Source: Rebecca billardiae RCC1528 (taxonomy: Eukaryota > Protista > Haptophyta). From it: a stretch of 64,000 nucleotides of DNA. The stretch is taken from the NCBI GenBank assembly GCA_965240325.2, contig OZ251244.1:682001-746000 (forward strand), written 5' to 3'. The notes under the pieces are model-generated. The model saw only the letters and a program-made list of their open reading frames with translations. It was not told the origin of the DNA and ran no database searches. Shown piece by piece: positions 12,091 through 23,467 of this stretch (its first letter is position 1; each line of letters opens with the position of its first letter). The position numbers were made by a program, and so were the translations under genes.

Positions 12091-12977
12091 CTCTCAACCG
12101 CCGTGACGAAACACAAAAGTTGGTCCGCTGGGGCCGCGGTGCGCGATGGCAGCGGTGCTCCCGCGCGCTCGGGCGGCCACTTGCCCGCCGTGCGCGTGGC
12201 AATATGCGCGTCAGCACCGGCTGGGACGTGCCTGTGGGATGAGATGGTCTGTGAACGTCCCATCAGTGCGCTTGAATGACCGTGTCGCGCGCGTGTGATG
12301 CAGTATGCGTGCACCGCTGTGCTTGCTCGCCCGTGCTCGTCGCTTGCGCCGAACGCGCGGCTGGCACGAGGTTGTGCTCGGTGAGCGAGTACCGACTTGG
12401 GCCGTTGACGGCACGTACATGGCGTCTGCCCTTGCTCCTGCCGCGCACCGTCCCAAACAGCTGCGTTCTCCGGAGAATCACGCATGCCAAGCTGTCTCAA
12501 GCATTACACCACTGAGACAGTCCATTGCTTTTCAATTTGAAATACCTTTGAGCGCGGAATACACCATGCAGCATGCGTGCTTCGAAGTGCCCCGAAAGAA
12601 GCGATGCGACGCGTCACGCGACCGTGGAGATGGTGAAGCGTTGAGAGAGCGGCATCATCTCACACAAACGCTTGGTGGCTTCAGTCAGTACTCGCTCAAC
12701 GAGCACAACCTCGTGCCAGCCGCGCGTTCGGCGCAAGCGACGAGCACGGGCGAGCAAGCACAGCGGTGCACGCGTACTGCATCACACGCGCGCGACACGG
12801 TCATTCAAGCGCACTGATGGGGCGTTCATAGACCACATCATCCCACAGGCACGTCCCAGCCGGTGCTGACGCGCATATTGCCACGCGCACGGCGGGCAAG
12901 TGGCCGCCCGAGCGCGCGGGAGCACCGCTGCCATCGCGCACCGCGGCCCAGCGGACAAACTTTTTGTGTTTCGTCAC
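12091..12977. mobile_element. Foldback element, ~295 bp arms, 10 bp flanking direct repeat (Mutator-like)
   Basis: Arms 12103-12397 and 12683-12977 are near-perfect reverse complements. ctcccggact at 12081-12090 and 12978-12987. Confidence 0.8.
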
Positions 12978-13069
12978 CTCCCGGACTTGCCGCCCTGAAC
13001 TATCTTATGAAATGAAAAGTGAAAATCAGGGCAGCAAATCAGCGATGGCGGACAGCACGGCTGCCGTCT

Positions 13070-14125
13070 GAGTGCACTCGAGCGAAAACGTGCCAGGCTA
13101 GGCATGCGCGGCCCAGTGCGGGCTAGGCATCGGGGACGATGCCTAGCCCGGCCAGGCTAGGCATTCGCCCATACCCTCGCGTCGTCAGAACTTTCGGAAA
13201 CGAAAGTCGCGCAAAGGCGGCCCCGGTCTTCTTTCACGGCGGCGCAAGGGGCGCGGGGGCGCTGGCTCGCGATCCGAAGGGCAGTCGCTCGCGACCTCGC
13301 TTGGGCGGCGGCAGCGGCGCTGCGGCATACTGTTTGCCACCCGCGCGGCTGTGTGCGATCGCGCGGTCCCGTTCGTCGCCACGCCGCGCGCGACCGTTCA
13401 CGGCACAGTCTTTCCGCACTGTGAGCACCCCTTGCCAGCGCACGGCGGCGGAGAGCCCAGACAGCCCGTCACGCGCGCGACGTCCTTGTGGGATGCGATG
13501 TACTCACCCTAATGCTAGCATGCGCCTGCGTTTTGGTGAGCCTGTTCAGCATCCAGACCACTCTCTACTGCTGCAAGATGAGTCATCGTCTGCCAATCGG
13601 TCAACGAGGCATGGACAGCGCAGCAGTCGTCCATGATCCTCTTGCCCACCCCGTGGGCAAGCGCATGCCTCCGGGAACCCAAAGAACCTGGGTACATCGC
13701 ATCCCACAAGGACGTCGCGCGCGTGACGGGCTGTCTGGGCTCTCCGCCGCCGTGCGCTGGCAAGGGGTGCTCACAGTGCGGAAAGACTGTGCCGTGAACG
13801 GTCGCGCGCGGCGTGGCGACGAACGGGACCGCGCGATCGCACACAGCCGCGCGGGTGGCAAACAGTATGCCGCAGCGCCGCTGCCGCCGCCCAAGCGAGG
13901 TCGCGAGCGACTGCCCTTCGGATCGCGAGCCAGCGCCCCCGCGCCCCTTGCGCCGCCGTGAAAGAAGACCGGGGCCGCCTTTGCGCGACTTTCGTTTCCG
14001 AAAGTTCTGAAGACGCGAGGGTATGGGCGAATGCCTAGCCTGGCCGGGCTAGGCATCGCCCCCGATGCCTACTGTAGCCCGCACTGGGCCGCGCATGCCT
14101 AGCCCGTTTTCGCTCGAGTGCACTC
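13070..14125. mobile_element. Foldback element, ~434 bp arms, 5 bp TSD
   Basis: Arms 13070-13503 and 13692-14125, palindromic termini gagtgcactc, cgtct on both flanks. Confidence 0.9.
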
Positions 14126-14970
14126 CGTCTGCCGTCGTCGCTGAGCGCGGCTCAGGTAAACGGGCGCTCCGAGCTCGTGCGAGAGACCCTCCAGACCTCC
14201 CTCCCGCCCCGCCCGCACGTCAAGGATGAGCCCGTCGCCCAAGCGCACCGCAGACGAGACCACCGTCAACATCCCACTGGACCCGTTGCCAGGCGTCGTG
14301 CTGGAGGACCCACGCCCAAAGCCCGCCCGCACTCGGCGCTCCTGCCGCACTCGCGGAGATTAGCGTCAACTCGCTCTCATCCGCACCGTCGCGCCGCACC
14401 AAGATCATTCGCGTCGAGCGTCGAGCATGGCTTAAACACTGTGCCCTCTCGACATCCGCGCTCCAGTCGGAGAAGGATGCCGACACTATTCTGCGAGGAA
14501 TGACGATCAAGTCTGGGCGTCTGGCGCGGGCAAACGGTCCGCCGCCATACGCGCCGAGTGAGTCAGCGCGACTGCCACGGAGCGATGCCACGGAGTGACC
14601 CGGACTGAGTGGCACAGGGTCCAAATTCACAGTAGATCATGTTTCGTCGTCATGGTAGCAGCGGTTAGATACGCGTGTATATATATATTTATAAGCACAG
14701 TGCTGATGAGCGATGACGAGTCATGACGACGACGCCAGCATCATCGTCGTCATCAGCACTCGCATACTCCGTAGGCGTATGCCGCGTATGCGTCGCCGTC
14801 TACAAAGTACAAGCGCGTATCATCGCGTCATCACGCGTCGTCCGTCCGTCACAGAGTCTCACTGACACTGCTCACTCGGAGTCTGAGAATCATACCGCGC
14901 CGTTGTTAACTCTTATATAAACTGACACTGCTCCGCGTTCACCAGTCGCTGACTACGCAGTGGCATCGGC

Positions 14971-17907
14971 TCAGCTGGGGCCCTCTGCGGAGATCCTCTC
15001 CAGCCAGCGAGCATCGGCGTTGCGCTGCTGCTGTTGCCATGACAGCCGCCCACCCGTCGGCGCAGCGCTGTGAGCGCCACTGGCACTGCGTCGGTCCCCC
15101 CGGGGAGCGTCGGCCGCTGCGACAGCCGCTGGCGCAGTGGTGTGGTCAGGCGGCGCGTGCGAGCGCGCGCGCGTGACGCGCTGCAGCGTGGGCTGGTGCG
15201 TGAGCCTGAGCGCGACCGGCCGATCGGCCTCGGCGTCCGGCGACGCGCGCCCAGCGCCAGGGCCTGCGGCTGGGGGTGGCGAGCGGCTGGGCGCACCGCC
15301 GCCGCCCCGCGGCTCGGCACGTGCAGGGGTGGCGCCGATCGCGGCGGCCGCCCGCCGCGCGCCCTGGCGGTGCGTAGCACCTGACACCCACGAGGGTTGT
15401 GGCGGCGGCGGCGGGATCTGCGGCCCCTTCGTCACGACCACCGCGTGGGGGGGTCGGCTTTCGAAGCGCGTGAGCGCCGTGGCGAGCGCGTGCGGCGTCG
15501 CCTCGTCCCCCGTGTGCGGCGCGCAGCGCTTCGCGCGCCGTGCCGGCGCTGCCACCCGCTCCGCGCGACGCAGCGCGGCCGCGTGGCGCGGCAGCGCGGC
15601 GCGCGCGCTGCCTCCAGTCGCGGGCAGCTGATGAAAGACGGCTGCTGTGGCGTGGTGCCCGCCCAGCGCGCGCGCGTGCTGCGAGAAGAGAGTCTGCCTC
15701 GAGCGCGCGCGAGAGACGCGCGCGCGCGGCGCGCCAAAGTCCGGCCGGCCGCCAAAGTCCGGCCGACCTGAGTCCGGGCCGGCCGCGGCGACGGACACGC
15801 CGCCGGGTGCCGAGCGCGCGGCGGCCGTGCCCATCAGCACGCGGGGTGATGCGACGGCGGTCGGTGCCTGCGCCAGGCTGGCTTGCGCTGCGCCGCCGAG
15901 CGTGCCCGCGTCGGCGCCGCTGGCCATCCCCTGCGTCACACCCGCCATGGCGCGCACGCGCGCCTCGGTGCGCGCGAGGTGCGCGCCGGCGGCGAGGGCA
16001 GCATGCGCCACTGCGTCCACCCTGGGTGCCTGTGGGGCGCCCGCGCGCGCCAGCGCGACCGCCGCCTCGCCCCGTGCCGCGCCGGCGGCGGCGCGACAGA
16101 GCAGCGCATCGAGCACCGTAGGCGGGGGCACGAGCGAGTGGGCGGTCTCCGCGTGTCGCCTTGTCGCGGCGCGCGCGCGCGGCGCGCTCGCGGGGCGCGT
16201 CGGCCGGCTGTGCGGCGGTGACGCAGGCCGCGAGCGACGGCGCAATGGAGTGCGTAGGCCCTGTGCGCCGGCGCCCGCCTCGGGCTGGGGCGGCGCGCTC
16301 AGCGGCCGCCGCCCGCCGCCGTCGTCGCTCGCGCCGACGCTGCCGTCCGCGACCCACACTCTCCGGGCCCCGAGCGCAGCGCGCGCGGCCCGAGGCTCCA
16401 GCCCGTCGGCCTCGGGCGCCGCCGCGCCCGCCCGCGGCTCCGCTCCCGAGTGCGATGCCCACGGCAGCATGGCCGCCGGGGCAGCCATGCTGACGCGCTC
16501 AGCGTCCAAATCGTGCACGGCCGCCGCCGTGCGGGCGAGCTGCCGCCTGCGCCTTCCGAGGCGCGCGGCGCGCGGGCTCTCCGCGCGCGGGGCCGCCCAG
16601 CCCTTACCGGGCACGCGGCGGAAGCGGCCGCTGTCGAAGCCGCCGCGCCCGTCCGTCTCGGCGGGGGCCACTGGCCTCTGCGCGCGGCGCGTCCACTCTA
16701 GAGCGGTCGCCGCGTGCGCGGGGCCCGGAACGCGTGTGTAGTCAGTCGGCGCGGGCGGCAGGCTGCGTAGCGCCTCGAGCCGACGCGCGGCGATGCCGAG
16801 GTCGCGCTCGTAGCTCGCGTCGGGCCCGGCGCCGGCGCCCAGCGCCACCGAGCCGGCCGTCTCGCCGTCGCCCGGACTCGGAGCCGGCGGCGCCAGCCCG
16901 GACTCTGCGCCGCCAGACGAGGCGGTCGCGGCGGCGCGCGCGGCCGCATGCGCCGCCGCGTGCGGCTCAGTGGCCCACGCGCGCGCCGTGGAGGCGCGCT
17001 CACGCTCGAGGCGGCGGCGCTCGGCGTCGAATGCGCGAGTGCGCGCACGCGCTACCTTGGCGCGCGCGAGCTCGCGCGCCTTCACAGCCGCCGCTGAGTT
17101 CGCAGCGTCTGCCTCCGCCTGCGCCGCGCGCCGCGCGCCATGCGCCTTGCGTTGCGCCGCAGCCGCGCGCTTCACCGCCTCCTCCTGCCGCCTCCACGCG
17201 GCCGAGTCGATCGAGACGGCCGCGCCGAGCGCGGGCGAGCGGCGGCGCCCGGGCGCCGCGTCCTCCTCCGCCGAGCCGTCCGTGTCCACGCCGCCGTCCG
17301 CGCCGGCGGTAGGTAGCGCGGCCGCCGCGCGCCTCGGCATCGTCTCAGCCGCGGCTAGGCTGGCCGCCGCCAGCGGCGCAGCCAGCTGGTCGGCACTTGG
17401 GCGGGGCAGCGCCGCGCGCGCGCGCGCGAGCTCGCTTGCAACGAGCTCGTCAGCCAGGTACCCACCGATCAGCCGGCCAGACGCGCCGCGCACCAGCTCG
17501 ACTGCGCGCGCGTCTGGTTGTGACGCGCGCGCCGACGCGGCGCGAAGAGCAAGCGTCTTCGCGGCGAGGGCGACGGGCACGAGCTGGTGCGGCGCGAACA
17601 CGCCGGGCGCGTCGCCGTGCTCGATGAGCGCCCCGACGAGCGCGTCGTACGCGTCCTGCGCCACGATCGGCGCGTCCTCGCGCGCGAGCAGCTCCGCATA
17701 GCCAAAGACGTGGTGCACAGACTCGAGCTGAGAGCGAAGCGCGCGCGCGCGCTCGACGGCGCGTGCGCGCTGCGCGGCGGGCGGAGCGGGGGGCTCCGCC
17801 TCGAAGACGAAGAAGGGGTTCGGCCCCGACAGCGGCTCCTCCGTCGCGCCGAGGTCGGCGGGCTGCACGCGCTGGCCGTTGACGGCCTCGGCGGCAGCCT
17901 CTGCCAT
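14971..17907 (-). CDS. Hypothetical Ala/Arg-rich protein (~978 aa) with coiled-coil segment
   Basis: Long ORF from ATG 17907 with protein-like segments (LESVHHVFGYAELL, QDAYDALVGALIEH). Head-to-head with the 18036 gene. No family recognised. Confidence 0.65.
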   Translation of the reverse strand: MAEAAAEAVNGQRVQPADLGATEEPLSGPNPFFVFEAEPPAPPAAQRARAVERARALRSQLESVHHVFGYAELLAREDAPIVAQDAYDALVGALIEHGDAPGVFAPHQLVPVALAAKTLALRAASARASQPDARAVELVRGASGRLIGGYLADELVASELARARAALPRPSADQLAAPLAAASLAAAETMPRRAAAALPTAGADGGVDTDGSAEEDAAPGRRRSPALGAAVSIDSAAWRRQEEAVKRAAAAQRKAHGARRAAQAEADAANSAAAVKARELARAKVARARTRAFDAERRRLERERASTARAWATEPHAAAHAAARAAATASSGGAESGLAPPAPSPGDGETAGSVALGAGAGPDASYERDLGIAARRLEALRSLPPAPTDYTRVPGPAHAATALEWTRRAQRPVAPAETDGRGGFDSGRFRRVPGKGWAAPRAESPRAARLGRRRRQLARTAAAVHDLDAERVSMAAPAAMLPWASHSGAEPRAGAAAPEADGLEPRAARAALGARRVWVADGSVGASDDGGGRRPLSAPPQPEAGAGAQGLRTPLRRRSRPASPPHSRPTRPASAPRARAATRRHAETAHSLVPPPTVLDALLCRAAAGAARGEAAVALARAGAPQAPRVDAVAHAALAAGAHLARTEARVRAMAGVTQGMASGADAGTLGGAAQASLAQAPTAVASPRVLMGTAAARSAPGGVSVAAAGPDSGRPDFGGRPDFGAPRARVSRARSRQTLFSQHARALGGHHATAAVFHQLPATGGSARAALPRHAAALRRAERVAAPARRAKRCAPHTGDEATPHALATALTRFESRPPHAVVVTKGPQIPPPPPQPSWVSGATHRQGARRAAAAIGATPARAEPRGGGGAPSRSPPPAAGPGAGRASPDAEADRPVALRLTHQPTLQRVTRARSHAPPDHTTAPAAVAAADAPRGDRRSASGAHSAAPTGGRLSWQQQQRNADARWLERISAEGPS

Positions 17908-18035
17908 CGTCGTCCCCGTCCGGTGGATTTGAGGATTTGGCCCGGCCGGACGAGTCGTGGCCCAGTGGCCCACGGCCCACCCGCCCAGCGCAAGGAAGGG
18001 CGGCCGCCGCCGAGCGGCGCTCAATCGGCCCCGAG

Positions 18036-21000
18036 ATGGGCGCGCGAGCGCTGCCGCTGTGCGCGGCGCTCGTGCTCGGCGCGCACGCCTCCGGCGGGCG
18101 GATAGCGACGCTCCACGTGGGCGACGCGGACGAGTGCCTCGTCGTCCGTGACGACGGCGGCATCGCCATGGGCGTGTGCGGGCGCGCCGGCACCGAGCAG
18201 TGGCGCTTGCTGCCGGCGCACGGCGACACGGCGATGCGGCGCGTGGCGCTCGAGGCGACGGGCAAGCACCGCGGGCTATGCGCCGAGCCACTCGCCGATG
18301 CCAACCACCGCCTGTACCTGCGCCCGTGCGACCCGCTGCACAGCGCGCGCTGGGTTCGCACCTCGTCGCCGGCGCTGCAGGCGCAGGCGCAGCCCGCGCA
18401 GCGCGTGGTCGCCGCATTGTCGTCGCGGCAGCCGCCCGCGCTGGACGGGCCGATGCACGAGGCGCTATGGTGGCAGCCAGAGGCGGACCGCGCGCGCTGC
18501 CTGGGCAGGCCCGGCAACGATGGCTCTTCGCGCGTGGTGGTACGGGCGCGCGCGCGCCGCGCCGCCGCGCCGCCGCGCTGCCACCGCGGCCTCAGCGCGA
18601 CCCGAGCCGGCGCTCACGCGCACGCCGCGCGCACGCCCCGCGCGCGCCCTGCCTCCCGTTTCGCGCGCGCAGAAGTGCACGCAGCCCTCCAAGTGCTGCT
18701 ACCCCGCCGTCGTCCGCCAGAAGGCGCCGCACCTTCAGAAGCTCCGCGAGGCCACCGGCATTGGCGTTGCGAGCACCCGGCAGCCAGGCGAGCCGCGCGG
18801 GTCGAGGCGGCGCGGCGAGCCGGGCGGCGCCTCGCGCTCGCCCCTCGCGCTGCTCCGCCGCATCGGCGCCGCGTTCTGGCGCCGCACCCTAGCGCTCTAT
18901 CGCGCAGCGGCTTCACTCTTTGCGCCGTCGACGCGCGCGCGCCTCTCTCGCGCCGCGCGCGCGGTCGGCTCGCCGCAGGCGGCGGAGCGGATGCGCGCGG
19001 CGGCGGCGGCGACGGCGGCGCGCGCGAAGAGCGGCATGCTCGAGCTGCGCTCGGGCGCGCCCGCCGGCCCGCCCGCGGCCCTCGCCACGGCTGCCGCCGA
19101 CGCCGGCACCGGCGCCGCGCTCGCGCCGGCGCGCGCGCGACACCCTCCATCCTGGTTGAGGCATCTGCTTCCGCCTCGGCGCGGTGACGGGCGGCCGCGT
19201 GGCGGGGGGCGCGGCGCGGCGGCGGGCGTGCTCGACCTCCCCGCCGCCGACGCCGCGTCCGAGCGCCGCCGCCGCTCGCGCTTCCAGCGCCGCTTCGTCG
19301 GACTGGTCTCTACCCTGGCGTGTGTCGTCTGCCTGATCTCAGCGGTCGTCCCGCCGCGCATGCTCGAGCGCTGGCTGCGCGGCGCGCGCGCGGCGGCGCG
19401 CCGCTGCATGGGCTACCCCAGCGACGGCGCGGCCGCGCGCCGTGGCAGCCCCGCCAAGGGCTCCCGCCGCGGCGCCGCGGACTCGCCGCTGGTGGCCGCG
19501 CGCTGCGGCGCGGACGGCGGCGCAGCGGCGCCCGGCCTGGGCAGCAAGGCTGGCGGCAGGGCGATCGACGAGGGGAATGGTGCCGTGGCGGCGGCAGTCA
19601 GCGCGTACTGCGCAGAGCACGACTCGACGGCGCCCGGCGCCGCCGTCACGCCCGGCGAGAAGCCCGGCGTCGTCGCCGCCGCGCCGCCGCCCGTCGACGA
19701 CGCCGCGCCCGCCGCCGCCACGCCGCGTGCCCCAGCACTCGCGGCGAGCGAAGCGGCGCTGGGCGCCGTGGCGGTGGCAGGCAGCGCGGCGAGTGCCGCG
19801 GTGGGCTCGGCCGTGCAGGCCGTGGCCGGCGGCGCGGCGCCAGCGGTGCCGGCGCCCACGCGTGCCGGCGCCGACGGGGCTCTGAGCGGTGCCGCCGCCG
19901 ACACCGCTGCTACCGCCAGCGCTGGCGCGCGCGCGGCGCCGCCCGCCGCCGCATCCGCCGCTGTCCACGCGCCGACTCCCGCCGCCGCGCCGCCCGCCGT
20001 GGCACAGCGCGGCACGGCCGTGGCACAGCCAGCCGCCGCCGCCGCGCCCGAGAGCCGCGAAGCTTCTCGCGAGCGCGCTGCGAACCTTCTCCAAGGCCGC
20101 GCGCTGCGCATGCTCGCGCGCGTCGCACTGAGCCGCGCCGAGGTCGAATCTCGCCGCGCCGAGATCGAATCTCGCGCCTCGCGCGAGCAGGTGGAGCTGA
20201 TCTCGGCGAACTTCGCGGCGGCGGAGCACCGCGCGCGCGAGGCGGACGCGCGCGCCGCCGCGCACGCCTCCGAGCTCGCGAGCACGCGCGCCGAGCTCGC
20301 CGCCGCAGCGGCGGAGCTTGAGCAAGCACGGGCGCAGGCGTCGGCTAACTCGGCCGCGGCCGCGGCGGCTGCCGCTGCGCGTGAGACTGCGCTTGCGCGC
20401 TCGGAGGGGCTCGCGGCGGAGGCGCGCAAGATGCGCGTGTACTCGCGGCACGTGCGCGACGCGTGCCGCGCGGCCGAGGGGCTGAGCCTCGTGCGCTCCG
20501 GCGCGCCTTTCCTCGAGGTTCTCCTGGCTGACGGCGGTCACGGCGCGGGCGGTGCGGGCGGCGGCGCGGCGGCCGGGACGGCCGCGGCCGCTGCGGCCGC
20601 CCCGCTCGCCGGCCCACCCGCGAGCGCGGGCGGCGGCGGTGGCAGCGGTGGCAGCAGCGGCCAGCAGTCCCGCCGTGGCAGCTCGGCGTCTGGGCTCTTC
20701 TCGCTCCTCGCCGATGGCGCAGGCGCTGGCAAGCGCTCGCGCGCGCGCGGCGGTCCGCAGGCCTCACAGACAGCTGCGCGTTGGCTCGTGGTCCGCGGCG
20801 GCAGGCTGCATGTGTGTTCGGGCACGTCACGGTGCGCGGCGGCGCGGCGAGCTCTCTCGCCCTCTCGCCCTGTACGCGCGCGTGCACGCCCGCGCACGCT
20901 CCAGCTTACACACCGCGCCCGGCCCGCCCCGCCGCGCTGCCGCCTCCGCCGCCCGCTGCTGCCGCCGCGCCGCCCCGCCGCGCCGCTTGCGACCCGCCGC

Positions 21001-22064
21001 GCCGCGCAGAGCCGATCTTTTCCCAGAGCGCGCGGTGCAGCTGGCGGACATCACGCGCATTGCGTACGGCCTCGAGGCGCCCTGGCCAATCGAGGTGCGC
21101 GGCGGGCGCGGTGCAGGGCGCCCTCCCACGCAGAGGCAGTCGCCCGTGGCGCCGCCGCCCTCGGCACTCACTCGCCCGCCCGCCCGCGCGCCCGCTCGCG
21201 GGCCGTGCGCGCGCCCGCCCGCGCGCGCCGCGCCCGCCGCCTGCCCCCGCGCAGGAGCAGCAGGCGATGGTGCACCCGCCCGCGCTGCGCTTCGCCGTGC
21301 TCGCTCACCGCTGGCCCACGCCGCTCCGCTTCGTCGGCGGCGACCAGGCCGAGCTTACCCAGTTTGTACTTGCGCTCCAGTCACTTATGGCGGGCCACTT
21401 GAACCAGCCCTACTTGACTTACTCACGTATGCTCTGGGGAAGGGCGCGCGCCGCGGCGGACGAGACGGCGGAGGCGTGGGGCTGCTCGCGCGGAGAGGCG
21501 ATCCACACGGCCGCGCGCACCGCGCTGCGCGACGCGCGGCCGACGGGGCTCGCCTCCTACGGCAGCGTGGGCAGCAGCTGCTGCTCCTGCTCGTTCAGCG
21601 GCTCGGCGGCCACCACGGCTGAGTCGAGCGCGCTGCGCGGCGGCGGCGGCGCTGTCGAGATGTGGCTGCTTGGCGGCTCGCACGGGGCGTCGCAGGCCGG
21701 CGCCGAGCACGCGCAGCCGGCCGCCGCGGGCGCAGCGGAGGGCCGCCAGCCCGTGGCGCGGTCCGAGCACGAGCCCGCGGCCAACGGCACGAGCGGCGGC
21801 GCGCGCGCGCCGCAGCTGTCCGCGCCCACCTCACCCGCCCGCCCTGGGCCTGGGGCTGGTCAGCTCGGGTTGGCATCGCCGTCCTCGCTGTCCAACGGCA
21901 CGCCCGAGGCGGCGCGCGCCTACCTCGGCGTTGGCAGCGCAGCGCACGCCGCGGACGACGATGACGACGCGATCGACGGCGTTCGATCGAACGGCGCACG
22001 CGCTGGGCCAGCGCACGAGTCGGCGCCGCCGCCCCCGCCACGCATGGCACCGCCCGCGCGATGA
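18036..22064 (+). CDS. Signal peptide + ricin-B-like lectin + TM + coiled coil + PH-like domain protein, 4 exons
   Basis: CLVV..GVC..EQW / GLC..RPCD..ARW ricin-type pattern. TM FVGLVSTLACVVCLISAVV. PH-like RWLVV..VQLADITRIAYG..LRFAV..ELTQFVLALQSL. Introns 18540-18672, 20832-21009, 21095-21254. Confidence 0.7.
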
Positions 22065-22599
22065 CGACGACTGCTGCTTCGCGCGCTGCTTTAATTTTGC
22101 TGTGATGCTACGACCACGACGAGTGACGACGACCATGTCAGACCGAGGAAGCAGCAGCTAGCTACTGATCGTATATATTCGACTCAGGCGGGCGGCTCCG
22201 CAGATATCGTCAGTCTGATGCCATCCGAAGAGTAGTCGCTGTATCAGCGGCCCGTACCGTCTCGTCAGTCGGCAGACTCAGTCACTCAGCCGCTCAGCGC
22301 CGCGGCCGCGCACATTATTATGACCGCGTTCCGCGGTCCTTTTCCGTAGAACGAACGTAGTTCGGGGCCCGCGGTGGTGGTGCACCCTCCGTCGCACCCT
22401 CCGTCGCGATCGAGAGTGGGCCCGCCCGGCCGCGAGCCCGGCAGCGAGTAGACTCCAGCGGCGCGCCGCCGCCCGCCGCGCGGCCGGGCGGGCCCATCGC
22501 AGCCGCCGGCGAGGCGCCGATTGTGTACAGTCGAAGTCATGGCCGACTGAGATCGTCGGCACGCGCTGCTGCTGCAAGATCGTCGGCGTCGGCACGCGC

Positions 22600-23436
22600 T
22601 GCTGCTGCGAGGGCTGCTCGCTCGCCAGCTGACCGAGGCACTCGAGCAAGCCAAGGTATGAGCACGCCTCGTCGCAGCCAGCCAGGGCCTCCATGATTTT
22701 GTACAGCACCTCGCACGTGTCCTGCTGCTGCTGCCCAAACGCCGTTGTCCACCGACAGACCTCCGCGATCGCGTCGTGGAGCGGCTCGAGCACTCACTCA
22801 GCTACGCGTCGGCCACCTCGCTGGGCCACTCGCAGTTGACATGCGCGAGCGCCAGCGAGCGCATGCTCGGGACACGATGGGGTTGGTGGACTGCTCAGCC
22901 GCGGCAGATGTGGCGAGCGAGACGATGGAAGGGCACGCGAGCAGCGCCGCCAGCAGCGAGCCGAGGTAGCACGTGACGCCTAGGTTGAGCGTGCCCAGCA
23001 GGCTGAGCGAGCCGGCCGGGCGCCCCCGCTGCGGCTGTGCTTTCTCTGCAGCGGGCATTTCCCCGTCGAGCGCGGCGAGTGCCGCAAAGCGGCTGCCAGC
23101 TGTTGGGCCGGGTGAGGAGGAGGGAGGGAGCTGGCCTGCGGGGCGCGTGGTGAAGTCGGTGATCAGTCGCGTCGCGCTTCCCCTGCCGATTGCGCCCTCG
23201 TCCTCCAGCACGGTGCGGACCTTGCGAACGAAGTTGTAGATCGACCATTTGGGCACGTTGTACTTCACCGCCGCAGAGGGCACGTCCTGCTTGTGCCTCA
23301 CGACTGAGATGGCAGCAGCGATGCTCTGGAGCGTGCTCTTAGCCACCTTCTTCACTGCCCCGGATTCGAGCAGCACGTTCAATACGCGGCGAGCGCGGTC
23401 CTCGTCGGCGTCGCCAGCTGACGTGCTCGGCATCAT
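22600..23436 (-). pseudogene. Truncated Pipsqueak-type HTH + USP (peptidase C19) N-terminal fragment
   Basis: IAAAISVVRHKQDVPSAAVKYNVPKWSIYNFVRK (psq HTH pattern), Cys box GTLNLGVTCYLGSLLAALL, then after a frameshift FGQQQQDTCEVLYKIMEAL (QQD box). No His box. Confidence 0.7.
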
Positions 23437-23467
23437 GTCCACGTGAGCGCAAAAAGGTGGCCTCGAG

